A stretch of DNA of 64,000 bases from an uncultured beta proteobacterium (GCA_963810845.1 CAWEOX010000017.1:10386-74385); one strand, 5' to 3'. Positions 54,150 to 64,000 are shown, counted from the first letter of the stretch. The notes: generated from the letters alone by a model not told the origin. Translations and numbers: made by a program.

Positions 54150-54494
54150 CTATTTCTTCGCGCAAATCGCCCGCCCGTCCTGCCATCCCGTGCGGTAGTT
54201 GCCGTCCGCGGCAAAACGCGTCGCGTCTTTGCGCTCGCCACCGCCGGCACTGGCGCAACCGTCGGCATAGCCCTGGCGATACGGCAGAGGGAAGCCCGAC
54301 AGATTCACGTTGGCGGGCGGCGGCTCGACCGTCGACGGTCGTGCCGGCGGGGGCGTGCCGGTGTCGCGCGCGCCTCCCGGCGCCGCCGGCGGCAGCGTCG
54401 CGCAACCCGCTTGCGCGAGCAGGAGCGCGATGCCAAGCCATTGCGTAAAGACGCGGCAGCAACGACGCAAAGGGGCGGGCAAGGCGGCGATCAT
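54150..54494 (-). CDS. Small lipoprotein of unknown function
   Basis: ORF 54150..54494. Signal peptide with lipobox LLAQAGC, then a Pro-rich linker and a short Cys-containing C-terminal domain. Confidence 0.45.
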   Translation of the reverse strand: MIAALPAPLRRCCRVFTQWLGIALLLAQAGCATLPPAAPGGARDTGTPPPARPSTVEPPPANVNLSGFPLPYRQGYADGCASAGGGERKDATRFAADGNYRTGWQDGRAICAKK

Positions 54495-54562
54495 GGCGCA
54501 AATGACAATCCGAAGTCGAGCGGTGAACAGAGTAAAATTCTAACATCCCGCTTGCCGACCCC

Positions 54563-57500
54563 ATGACCGAACCCGCCTTCGTCCACCTGCGCCTGCACAG
54601 CGAGTACTCGATCGCCGACGGCACCGTGCGCATCGACGACGCCGTGGCGGCCGCAGCGGCGGATGCGATGCCGGCGCTGGCGTTGACCGATCTCGCCAAC
54701 GCGTTCGGCCTCGTCAAGTTCTACAAGGCCGCACGCCGCCGCGGCGTGAAGCCGGTTTTCGGCTGCGATATCCGGGTGACGCACGACGCCGAGCGCGACC
54801 AGCCCTTTCGGATGGTGCTGCTGGCGCAGTCGCGCGCGGGGTACCTGCGGCTCGCCGACTGGCTGACGCGCGGCTACCGCGGCAACCAGCATCGCGGCCA
54901 CGCCGAGCTGCGCCGCGAGTGGTTCGCCGAAGGCACCGACGGGCTCATCGCGCTGTCGGGTGGCCGCGACGGCGACGTCGGCGGCGCGCTGGCGCAGGGC
55001 AATCCGGGCGGCGCCCTGCGGTCGGCGCAGGAGTGGGCGGCACTCTTTCCCGACCGTTATTATCTCGAGGTGCAGCGCGCCGGCCGGCCCGATGACGATG
55101 CGCTCGTCGCCGCCACCGTCCGCCTTGCGGGCGACGCCAGCCTGCCGATCGTCGCGACGCACCCGGTGCAGTTCCTGCGGCGCGAGGATTTCCGCGCGCA
55201 CGAGGCGCGGGTGTGCATCGCCGAGGGCTTCGTGCTCGCCGATCCGCGGCGGCCGAGGCGCTACACGCCCGATCAGTATTTCAAGTCGCGCGCCGAGATG
55301 GCGGCGACGTTCGCGGACTTGCCGGAGGCGCTCGCGAACTCGGTCGCGATCGCGCAGCGCTGCAATCTCACGATCCCGCTCGGCAAGAACCACCTGCCGG
55401 ACTACCCGACGCCCGCGGGCGTCACCATCGATACGCATCTGCACGCCGAGGCCGCCGCCGGACTCGAGCGCCGCCTCTCGCTCCTCTATCCCGATCCGGG
55501 GGTGCGCGAGGCGAAGCGGCCCGAGTACGTGGCCCGGCTCGACTTCGAGACCACGACCATCATCCAGATGGGCTTCGCCGGCTATTTTCTGATCGTCGCC
55601 GATTTCATCAACTGGGCGAAGGCGAACGGCGTCCCGGTCGGACCAGGCCGCGGCTCCGGCGCCGGGTCGCTGGTCGCGTACTCGCTCGGCATCACCGATC
55701 TCGATCCGCTGCGCTACACGCTGCTGTTCGAGCGCTTCCTCAATCCCGAACGCGTGTCGATGCCGGACTTCGACATCGATTTCTGCCAGGACGGCCGCGA
55801 CCGCGTCATCGATTACGTCAAGAAGAAATATGGCGCCGAGTCGGTGTCGCAGATCGCGACCTTCGGCACGCTCGCGGCGAGAGCCGCGGTGCGCGACGTC
55901 GGCCGCGTGCTCGATCTGCCGTACCTTTTCTGCGACGGCATCGCCAAGCTGATCCCATTCCAGCCGGGCAAGACCGTGACGCTCAAGCGGCCCGGTGCGC
56001 AGCACGAGGCGAACACGATCTATGCGCGCGAAGCCGAGCCGCTGCTCGAAGCGCGCGCGCGCGAAGAAGTCGAGGTCGGCGAGCTGCTCGCGCTCGCCGA
56101 GGAGCTCGAAGGCCTGCCGCGCAATGTCGGCATGCACGCCGGCGGCGTGCTGATCGCGCCCGGCAAGCTCACCGACTTCTGCCCGCTGTACACGCAGCCC
56201 GGATCCGAGGCGATCATCTCGCAGTTCGACAAGGACGACGTCGAGGCCGTCGGCCTCGTCAAGTTCGACTTCCTCGGTCTCACGACGCTCACGATTCTCG
56301 ACTGGACGCTGCGCTACGTGCGCCGGCAGGACCCCGGCAACACGCTGGTGCTGGAGACGCTGCCGCTCGACGACAAGGGCGCCTACGACATCCTGCGCAC
56401 CGGCAACACGACCGCGGTGTTCCAGTTCGAATCGCGCGGCATGCGCGAGCTCCTGAAGCAGGCACCCCCGACGCGCTTCGAGGACATCATCGCGCTGGTC
56501 GCGCTCTACCGCCCCGGGCCGATGGAACTCATCCCCGACTACACGGCGCGCAAGTCGGGGCGCGAGCGCGTCGACTACCTCGACCCGCGCCTCGAGCCGA
56601 TCCTCGGGCCGACGTACGGCGTGATGGTGTATCAGGAACAGGTGATGCAGATCGCGCAGGTCATCGGCGGCTACACGCTGGGCGGGGCCGACCTGCTGCG
56701 CCGGGCGATGGGCAAGAAGGACCAGGCGGCGATGGACAAGCAGCGCGACATCTTCGTCGCCGGCGCCGAGCAGAACGGCCTCACGCGGGCCAAGGCCACA
56801 CAGCTCTTCGAGTTGATGAACAAGTTCGCCGGCTACGGCTTCAACAAGTCGCACGCCGCCGCGTACGCGCTGATCGCCTACCAGACCGCCTATTTCAAGG
56901 CGCACCATCCCGCGGCGTTCATGGCGGCGAATCTCTCGCTCGTCATGGACGACACCGACAAGGTCCGTCAGCTGCGCGACGACGCGGTCGCGCTGGGGCT
57001 CGCGATCCTGTCGCCCGACGTCAATGCGTCGAACTACCGGTTCGAACCGATCGACGACCAGCGCATCCGCTACGGCCTCGGCGGCATCAAGGGCACCGGC
57101 GAGCAGGCGATCGAGGCGATCGTCGCCGCGCGGGAGCAAGGCGGGCCGTTCCGCGACCTGTTCGACTTCTGCCGCCGGGTCGACAAGCGGATGGTCAACC
57201 GCCGCGCGGTCGAGGCGCTGATTCGTGCCGGCGCGTTCGACGCGATCGACGCCCGGCGCGCGACGCTGTTCGCGTCCGTCGGCGTCGTGCTCGGCGAAGC
57301 GGAGCGCGCCGAAGCCTCGATCGCGCAGGTGTCGCTGTTCGGCGAGGAGCAGCAGGCGGCCGGACTGAAGCTGGTCGCGGCGCGCGAATGGACCGATGCC
57401 GAGCGGCTCGCCCACGAAAAGGCGGCGCTCGGCTTCTACCTGTCGGGACATCCGTTCGCGAGCTACGCGGCGGAGCTCGCCCAGATCGTCCGGCAGCCGC

Positions 57501-58028
57501 TCGCGAGCCTGCAGCCGAAGCGCGACATCACGCTGATCGCCGGCATCGTCACCTCGTTGCGCGTGCAGTCGGGCAGGCGCGGCAAGACGGCGATCGTGAC
57601 GCTCGACGACGGCGGGGGATCGACGGAAATGCTGGTCTACAACGAACTCTTCGATGCCGTGCGGACGTTGCTGCGCGAGGACCAGCTCGTCCTCGCCGAC
57701 GTCAAGGTCCAGCAGCGGATGTCCGATGACGGGCAGCTCTCGGGATTGCGGGTCATCGCCGAGAATGTCTACGGTCTCGCGGCGATCCGCAAGCGTCTGG
57801 CGAAGGGACTGCGGCTCACCTGCAATGGCAACGCCCAGGCCGACCGCCTGTTCGAGCTGCTCGCGCCGTACCGCAACGGAACGTGCCCGATCGTCGTCGA
57901 ATACGGCAACCACGGCGTCGTCGGCGAGCTCCTGCTGCGGGAACGACTGGCGCGTCGCGCTCGACGAGCCGCTGCTCGCCCGCCTTGCCGAGTGGCTGCC
58001 GCAGGACAGCGTGCGCGTGATTTACTGA
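54563..58028 (+). pseudogene. dnaE: DNA polymerase III alpha subunit with the frame broken by one extra base ~90 nt before the stop
   Basis: ORF 54563..58048 carries the PHP N-terminus FVHLRLHSEYS and GYGFNKSHAAAYA, up to VEYGNHGVVGELLL. The conserved tail NDWRVALDEPLLARLAEWLPQDSVRVIY, with stop at 58026-58028, lies in the frame of ORF 57654..58028. Removing the C in CTGCTGCGGGAAC joins them. Confidence 0.9.
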
Positions 58029-58044
58029 ACCGTGCAGCGGCGTC

Positions 58045-58134
58045 GTAGCCCGGGTTGAGCCGGAGGCGAAACCCGGGGCGGCCGTGCCCATTGCCGCAAC
58101 CACCCGGGTTTCGCTGGCGCTCAACCCGGGCTAC
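58045..58134. repeat. REP-like imperfect palindrome (about 32-nt arms)
   Basis: GTAGCCCGGGTTGAGCCGGAGGCGAAACCCGGG (58045-58077) pairs with CCCGGGTTTCGCTGGCGCTCAACCCGGGCTAC (58103-58134), with a 5-nt central mismatch in each arm and a 25-nt loop. It lies between the dnaE stop and the qor start. Confidence 0.75.
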
Positions 58135-58158
58135 TATCGCTCGCTCACGGAGAACCGC

Positions 58159-59154
58159 ATGTCCCTTCCCGCCACCATGCGCCAGGTCGTCGCCCGCGCA
58201 CCCGGACCGCCCGACGTCCTCGCGCTCGGCGAAGCGCCGGTGCCGGTGCCGCGCGCCGGAGAAGTGCTGATCGCCGTCAGCTACGCAGGGGTCAACCGGC
58301 CCGATTGCCTGCAGCGCGCCGGCGCGTATCCGCCGCCGCCCGACGCGTCGCCGATCATCGGTCTCGAGGTGGCCGGCACGATCGCCGCGTGCGGCGAGGG
58401 CGTCACGGCGTGGCAGACCGGCGACCGTGTCTGCGCGCTGACGCCCGGCGGCGGCTACGCGGACTATTGCACGACGCCGGCCGATTTCTGCCTGCCGATT
58501 CCGGAGCCGCTCACGCTGCTCGAAGCGGCGAGCCTGCCGGAGAACTATTTCACCGTCTGGAACAACGTGTTCGACCGCGGCCACCTCGCCGCCGGCGAAA
58601 CGGCGCTGATCCACGGCGGCTCGAGCGGCATCGGCCTCACTGCGATCCAGCTCGCGAAACGCTTCGGCGCCAGCGTGATCACCACGGTGGGAGGCGACGA
58701 CAAGGCCGCGTTCTGCCGCGACATCGGCGCGGACCACGTCGTCAACTACCGCACGCAGGATTTCGTCGAGGAAGTCGCGCGGATCACCGGCAAGCGCGGC
58801 GTCGACCTCGTGCTCGACATGGTGGGCGGCGACTACATCCCGAAGAACCTGAAATGCCTCGCGAACGACGGCCGGCTCGTGTTCATCGGCTTCATGCAGG
58901 GCGGCCGCGCCGAAGTCGACTGGCGCCACATCATGGTCAGGCGCCTGACGATCACGGGGTCGACACTCCGCGCGAGCCCGGTGGCGCGCAAGGCGGAGAT
59001 CGCGCGGTCGCTCCGTGCGAAGGTGTGGCCGCTGTTCGCGCGCGGCGAGTTGAAGCCGGTCATCCATCGCGTGTTTCCGCTGGCCGAGGCCGCCGCGGCG
59101 CACGCGCTGATGGAGTCGAGCCAGCACATCGGCAAGATCATGCTCGTGCCGTAG
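58159..59154 (+). CDS. qor: NAD(P)H:quinone oxidoreductase (zeta-crystallin/MDR family)
   Basis: ATG 58159 within ORF 58084..59154 (MSLPATMRQVVARAPGPPDVL...). Motifs GVNRPD and GGSSGIGLTAIQLAK. Confidence 0.8.
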   Translation: MSLPATMRQVVARAPGPPDVLALGEAPVPVPRAGEVLIAVSYAGVNRPDCLQRAGAYPPPPDASPIIGLEVAGTIAACGEGVTAWQTGDRVCALTPGGGYADYCTTPADFCLPIPEPLTLLEAASLPENYFTVWNNVFDRGHLAAGETALIHGGSSGIGLTAIQLAKRFGASVITTVGGDDKAAFCRDIGADHVVNYRTQDFVEEVARITGKRGVDLVLDMVGGDYIPKNLKCLANDGRLVFIGFMQGGRAEVDWRHIMVRRLTITGSTLRASPVARKAEIARSLRAKVWPLFARGELKPVIHRVFPLAEAAAAHALMESSQHIGKIMLVP

Positions 59155-59211
59155 CGTGCCGGGTGGGAGAACCTCGACCGCCCTCGCACCCGAGTACGCG
59201 CGATCGCGCCT

Positions 59212-59952
59212 CGTCGCCCGGCCGCCGGAGAGATCGAATACCGCGCCGGTCGAGAACGAGCAGTCCTCGCTCGCGAGCCAGCACACCATCGCGGCGATCT
59301 CGTCGACGCCGCCGAAGCGCCCCATGGGGATCTTCGACAGCATGAAGTCGATGTGCTGCTGCGAAATCTGATCGAAGATCGCCGTGCGCACCGCCGCCGG
59401 CGTGACGCAATTGACGCGGATGCCGGTCTTCGCGAGCTCCTTGCCCAGCGACTTGGTGAGCCCGATCACCGCGGCCTTCGATGCGCTGTACGCGGACGCG
59501 GTGGGATTGCCTTCCTTGCCGGCGATCGACGCGATGTTGACGATGCGGCCATAGTCGTTCTTCTGCATCACCGGCACCACCGCGCGGTTGCAGTAGAAAA
59601 CGCCGTTGAGGTTGACGTCGATCACCTGTCGCCAGGCGTCGAGCGGGTACTCCCACGTCGCGTGGTTGGGTCCGGCGATGCCCGCCGAGCAGACCAGGAC
59701 GTCGATGCGGGCGAGCGCCTTGTCCGCGGCCGCCGCCGCGCGTGCGACGGCGTCCGCGTCGGCGACGTTGAGCGCCGCGACCACGGTCCCGCCCCCGAGC
59801 GTCGCCTGCGCCTTGGCGAGCGCGCCCTCGTCCTGATCCCACAGCGCGACCCTGGCGCCGCTCGCGACCAGTCGTCGCGCGATGGCGAAGCCGATGCCGG
59901 CCGCGCCCCCGGTGACCACGGCGGTGCGGTTGTTGAAATCAAGCTGGTTCAT
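59212..59952 (-). CDS. SDR-family oxidoreductase (FabG-like); 3' end unresolved because no stop codon follows in frame
   Basis: ATG 59952 follows an AAGGAAGG RBS (MNQLDFNNRTAVVTGGAAGIGFAIA...). Catalytic YSASK. The conserved end is FDLSGGRAT at about 59212. The frame then stays open for 1.4 kb antisense to qor and dnaE, as part of the 1018-aa ORF 57769..60825. Confidence 0.8.
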
Positions 59953-60014
59953 GGCCTTCCTTTCTGTTGGCTTCGGGTGCCCAGGCGAATGGACGCAGGC
60001 GCCACAGGCTCGCC

Positions 60015-60783
60015 CTAGGGCGTGGCCAGGATGTCCCGGTCGTTGACTGGCTGGACGGGGCGCGCGTTCATGGGGTAGAACCTCGCGAAGCGCGCGATCG
60101 ATTCGGCCGAGACCTGCACCGGCGCTTTCAGGACGAACCAGGTCACGTCTTCGCTGCACGGCGGCGTCGTCATTGATCCGGCAAAGGTGTAGTAACCCTT
60201 GTTCTGCGGGAGCAAATCCACGGCGCTGATCTTCACCGCGTCGACGACGGTCTCCTTGCCTTTCTCTTTCGGCAGGTTGTCCCAGAGCGTCTTGATCAGC
60301 GCGGTTCTCCTTGCCGGTATCGAGGAGGACGGCGATCACGGCAAGCTTCCCGCCGGGGCCCTGATGCACCAGATGCGCATCCATGTCGTGGCCCTTGCCG
60401 TCGATCTTCTCCTCGCTGGGCTTGTGAAAATGGAACTGCACCAGCTCGTAGCGCGTTCCCGCGACGGTGACGAAGCTGCCCGGCGCGTAGTTGACCTGGA
60501 TTGTGTGCCCGTCGTCGATGATCTTGAGCGGCGAGGGCTTGTAATTGAACAACAGCGACGGCAGGTCGCCCTTCCGCGCCTTGGCGTCCGGGATATCGAT
60601 CGGCGACTGGGTCTGGCCCAGCTTGCAACCGGCATATCCCTTCTCCAGGCTGCCCCACTTGGCCGGGCCCGTGGCGCCGCCGTAAGTCCAGCCCGCGCCC
60701 TCCGCGGCGTAACAGCCGGTCGCCCCGATCGACAGCACCATGCCAACGACGGCGACGAGATTGCGTGCGCCAGATTCCCTCAT
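60015..60783 (-). pseudogene. Secreted alpha-class carbonic anhydrase with the frame broken near 60299-60304
   Basis: ATG 60783 (MRESGARNLVAVVGMVLSIGATGCYA...). The N-terminal piece carries WTYGG, QSPIDI and QFHFHKPSEE, up to VLLDTGKEN. The continuation ALIKTLWDNLPKEKGKETVVDAVKISAVDLLPQNKGYYTFAGSMTTPPCSE lies in the frame of ORF 60015..60236. Confidence 0.8.
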
Positions 60784-61125
60784 GACGATCCTCCTCGAGC
60801 TTGTTGTTGGTCTACGCGTGGCCATCCGGGCAGAGATCCGCGACGCTCCTCGCGCCGCAGCAGTCGCTCACCGACGCGATCGGCGCGCGCGGACCCTTTC
60901 ATCGCGCGCGCCGCACCAGCACCGATTCCGAGGTAACGGAAGGCGACGCTCGCGTCGCGCCGATGGAAAGCGTACATGAACTCGTTCGTCTGCGCATGGG
61001 CGCAGGAGAGTCAGGGGCTGGATCTCGATAGCGCCGTCGAGGATTTCGTCGCCCGCTCCCTATCGCTTGACGAAGCGTTTGCCCTTGCATTAAAAGACTT
61101 CCTGGTGCACAAGAGAGATCGAGCC

Positions 61126-61620
61126 ATGAGCGCCGAAGCCACCTTCTACGACGGCGGATGCACCTGCCGTTTCGTTCGCTACCGCATGACGACGAAGCCC
61201 CTTATCGTTCACTGTTGCCACTGCCGCTGGTGCCAGCGGGAAACGGGAGCCTCATTCGCGCTGAATGCGATGATCGAATCCGACCGCGTGCAGTTGCTGG
61301 AGGGTGAAGTCGAGATCATCGATACGCCGTCGAACAGCGGCAAGGGCCAGAAAATCTCACGGTGTCCGAAATGTCGTATCGCCGTTTGGAGCAACTATGC
61401 GGGCGCCGGGGACGCGGTGCGCTTCGTCCGCGTTGGAACGCTGGACGAGCCTGACCGCTTCCCGCCCGACATTCACATCTTCACCGCGTCGAAACAGCCT
61501 TGGGTCGCGCTTCCGCCCGACACTCCCGTCGTGGCCGAGTACTACAAGTCCGCCGAGGTGTGGCCGAAGGAGAGTCTTGATCGTCGCGCGGCGCTCCTTG
61601 CGAGGTCACGGCAGCCGTAG
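61126..61620 (+). CDS. GFA-family (glutathione-dependent formaldehyde-activating/CENP-V-like) zinc protein
   Basis: ATG 61126 within ORF 60976..61620. Cys clusters GGCTCRFVRY, HCCHCRWCQ and CPKCR. Confidence 0.8.
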   Translation: MSAEATFYDGGCTCRFVRYRMTTKPLIVHCCHCRWCQRETGASFALNAMIESDRVQLLEGEVEIIDTPSNSGKGQKISRCPKCRIAVWSNYAGAGDAVRFVRVGTLDEPDRFPPDIHIFTASKQPWVALPPDTPVVAEYYKSAEVWPKESLDRRAALLARSRQP

Positions 61621-61666
61621 CGGCCGTTTAGTCCGAGCGGTGGCCATTCAACGCAACCTGGGGCAC

Positions 61667-61873
61667 GTGAATCGAGCCGTAGCATTGGCTCTCGCGCTCG
61701 TTTGGCTGTGCGCGGGCATCTGGGGTATCGTCCTCGGCTTCACGCATGGTCAAGTGCTGCTCACGATAGTGGCGGTCTTTGCCATCCTGTATGCCGTGCT
61801 GTGGTTTCGTGTCGTGGCTCGGTCGCGGTTACTCACCTGGCGCGAGCTTGTCGCGCCGTGGCGCACTGAATAG
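61667..61873 (+). CDS. Hypothetical small two-helix membrane protein
   Basis: GTG 61667 in the frame of ORF 61304..61873 (VNRAVALALALVWLCAGIWGIVLGFTHGQVLLTIVAVFAILYAVLWFRVVARS...). Supported only by hydrophobicity and position. Confidence 0.3.
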   Translation: MNRAVALALALVWLCAGIWGIVLGFTHGQVLLTIVAVFAILYAVLWFRVVARSRLLTWRELVAPWRTE

Positions 61874-62520
61874 CCCGTCAATCCGGACCCGGTCTCGGGG
61901 CAGTGGCGCGGCTCTACACGCGCAGCCCAGACCTACCAACGCAAAGCCCCACGATGATCGCGGGGCTTCGCAGGATCGCCACATCGCTATGGCTTCATTT
62001 CGTTGCGTCACCGCAACGTGTGCCGGGGATTGGTCACCGGCGTCGGGGTCGTCCTGTAGTGAATGTCATCTATAGAGTGTCCCCCGTCGTGATTGCACAA
62101 CATCGGCGCTACCTCGCGGAGCGAACTCGGGGGAGTATCCGGCTGCGGGGCACTGTACCCGCGATAACCGATACTCACGACTGCTGCCCTATCCGCGAGC
62201 GCCGATCCTCCACTTGGAGCACCTACTGGTTCAGACTACGCCAAGCCGAAAAGAGTTTCAAGGATCGCATATCCCTTTCTTCAAGCCCGAGCTTCCGTCC
62301 ACCAGCGATGCGCAAATCGACGCAGTGGTTGCCCATCTACCAGCTCTCTGCGCTGTTCGCGTCCCTGTGCGAGCGAGGGATTGTGAAGCTTGATGGAACC
62401 AAGGGTTTCCTATGAACTGCCGCCTGGGCCGTAAACGTGCCCTCAACCGAGCGGGGCGGAGGACCGCCATCAAAGAAAAAGCCCCGCTCTATGCAGAACG
62501 TGACTGCGGGAATGCCGCGC

Positions 62521-63537
62521 TCAGTTCCCACGAATTGGCGGCAGGTGCCGATTGATCTTGCTGACAGTGTAGCGCGTGACCTTTGCCGCCCAATCCGAAT
62601 CGATTGTCGTAAAGCCAAAAACCCGCGAGTCCAGCGCGAGGTTGGTCACCAGCAGAAACTCGCCGTTGAACGCAAGGCTCGCGGGGAACAGCAACCCCAC
62701 CGCTGCTCCCTGATTATCGATACCGCCAAAATCCCCGAGCTTGGCGATTACCTTTCCCGTGGCGTCGAGTACGACGATTTCATCGGCCTGATTGGCGGCT
62801 ACCCAGATGTTGTCATCATCGTCGGTGATGAGTCCATCCGCGCCGTTGACGCCATACGCCAGAACCGTTGGCGTCCCGGCAACGCCGCCGCTCACTGGAA
62901 CCGTGATGACCGCGTCATCGCCGGTATTGGCAACCAGCAACGCAGTACCTGCGCGGTTGAATGCGAGTCCGTTTGCCCCGAACGGGGGCTTGCCGGTAGT
63001 CTTTAGCAGGTCTTCGGTAATCCACGCGGCCGCGCCGCTACCATCCGATGCGGTGCGCCAGATAATCCCGTTAAACGAATCGGAGATGTAGACATTGCCA
63101 ACGCTATCAAACGTCAGCGCATTCAACCACGATCCGCTGCCGATGTCGGCAAAGACGCTGGATGCGCCACTGACGGGATCGACTGTAAGCACCTTGGCAG
63201 CGCCGAAATCGAGCACCAGCAGGGCGTGCGTGGTCGGATGAAATGCAAGGCCCAGCAGATGCGAGGTGGCACCAACGATTGCAACGTGCCGAATCAGCTT
63301 GCCCGAGTGATCGAAGACAATCAGTTGCCCGGGGCCGCTAGGTCCCGACGCTGGGAAGCCGAAGGTCGTGACATAGACGTTGCCGCTGCTATCTACAGTG
63401 AGGCCCTCAGGCGTTGTCGCCCCCGTGGGTAACGTAGCAAGCGTCGTAGCGGGACTGCTGATCCAAGCCGTTGCTGACAGCGAGAGCAGGTTGAGTGCAA
63501 CAAATGCGGCAACAAGTGAAAGGCGCGGGAGCTTCAT
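62521..63537 (-). CDS. Secreted beta-propeller protein (SMP-30/gluconolactonase/NHL-like repeats)
   Basis: ORF 62521..63825 trimmed to ATG 63537 after a GGAGG RBS (MKLPRLSLVAAFVALNLLSLSATA...). Repeated motifs such as PEGLTVDSSGNVYV, LNALTFDSVGNVYISD, ANGLAFNRAGTALLVAN and ADGLITDDDDNIWVA. Confidence 0.7.
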   Translation of the reverse strand: MKLPRLSLVAAFVALNLLSLSATAWISSPATTLATLPTGATTPEGLTVDSSGNVYVTTFGFPASGPSGPGQLIVFDHSGKLIRHVAIVGATSHLLGLAFHPTTHALLVLDFGAAKVLTVDPVSGASSVFADIGSGSWLNALTFDSVGNVYISDSFNGIIWRTASDGSGAAAWITEDLLKTTGKPPFGANGLAFNRAGTALLVANTGDDAVITVPVSGGVAGTPTVLAYGVNGADGLITDDDDNIWVAANQADEIVVLDATGKVIAKLGDFGGIDNQGAAVGLLFPASLAFNGEFLLVTNLALDSRVFGFTTIDSDWAAKVTRYTVSKINRHLPPIRGN

Positions 63538-64000
63538 GGGTGACCTCCATGTAGTAATCGGCATGAGCCTGAGACCACTTGCCGAGCTTACGGCATGAAG
63601 ATTGTAGATCGGCACCAGCACAATTCCAAACCGACGAACTACCTGCGGCGATCCGCGGGTTGCAAAGCGGTGACGGCGACGGCCACGATCCAAAGACCAG
63701 CAAATCCTGGTCGGCCAGACGCTCCGGTGGGGGCGGCAATTTGTGCGGCGGCGCATGGCAGCACCTGAGACACCATACGGTGCCATTGCAGATAGCCTGC
63801 AAACGGACTCTCGGATGTCACTCATCGGGAGGGTTTGCGCCTACGCCTGAATACCGCAGTTCGGGCCAACTCGGGATAGTCAGGAAATGCGAACCCTCCG
63901 TGGTGCCTCGCCTCCGACTGTCTCGCGCCCAGCCCGAAACCGAGGATTGACGCCGGTCAAGATGCGCTGATACCTGAAGCCTATTCTGGAATCATTGCTA

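Noticed and set aside
54491-57913. 1140-aa minus-strand ORF
   Set aside because: It is antisense to dnaE and is another high-GC shadow ORF. The same reasoning applies to 28832..31606(+), 14216..16765(+), 33984..36173(-), 42306..44318(-) and similar long ORFs in the track.
57930-57945. Programmed ribosomal frameshift in the polymerase gene
   Set aside because: Programmed frameshifting is known for dnaX, not dnaE. There is no slippery heptamer here, and the same kind of one-base break occurs in many unrelated genes in this window.
62230-62340. Cytochrome c-like C-terminal motif (IPFFKPELPSTSDAQIDAVVAHL)
   Set aside because: No CxxCH haem-binding site lies upstream in that frame, and the expected Met ligand is missing. 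The resemblance is superficial.
60900-64000. Mobile element / genomic island call
   Set aside because: I could not recognise any integrase, transposase, tRNA, or flanking direct repeats inside the window. Only the compositional shift is reported.

Overview
High-GC (about 70% on hand-counted lines) proteobacterial chromosome segment. Gene content and order suggest Betaproteobacteria, probably Burkholderiales: purF-cvpA-SPOR-folC-accD-trpA-trpB-trpF-truA-fimV-asd-leuB-leuD-ecn-leuC, a Bug/TctC-type binding protein, and FolE2. I recognise about 60 genes, nearly all core housekeeping: Trp/Leu/folate/pantothenate/isoprenoid biosynthesis, mutL-miaA, clpSA, cspA, icd, aceA, pcnB-folK, dnaE, fccAB sulfide dehydrogenase, and a MacAB-like ABC exporter. 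I saw no rRNA, tRNA, CRISPR array, transposase or integrase. Three things stand out. (1) A 4-kb accessory block at 25.6-29.5 kb holds two tandem paralogous small exported proteins of a family I do not recognise (shared C-terminus PLDPWV[VI]N). It also holds a convergent adenylate-cyclase/STAND-NTPase/TPR gene. All three are readable only by stitching many frame-shifted pieces; the cyclase gene has about 14 breaks, each repaired by removing one base. (2) Isolated single-base frame breaks, mostly apparent 1-nt insertions, interrupt otherwise well-conserved and partly essential genes: truA, a Rieske oxygenase, pcnB, folK, a FimV-like gene, dnaE, an alpha-carbonic anhydrase, an SDR with no stop codon, and possibly the thpR start. 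This argues for sequence-quality problems or very recent pseudogenisation, and only reads can tell which. (3) There are several intergenic repeats: a dispersed ~70-bp element at 34.35 and 51.98 kb, a 14-bp tandem repeat plus a 27-bp-stem hairpin after fccB, a 23-bp direct repeat at 52.1 kb, and a REP-like palindrome after dnaE. G+C also drops over the last ~3 kb. All calls were made by eye from motif memory; no searches or computations were run, and coordinates of frame breaks are approximate.
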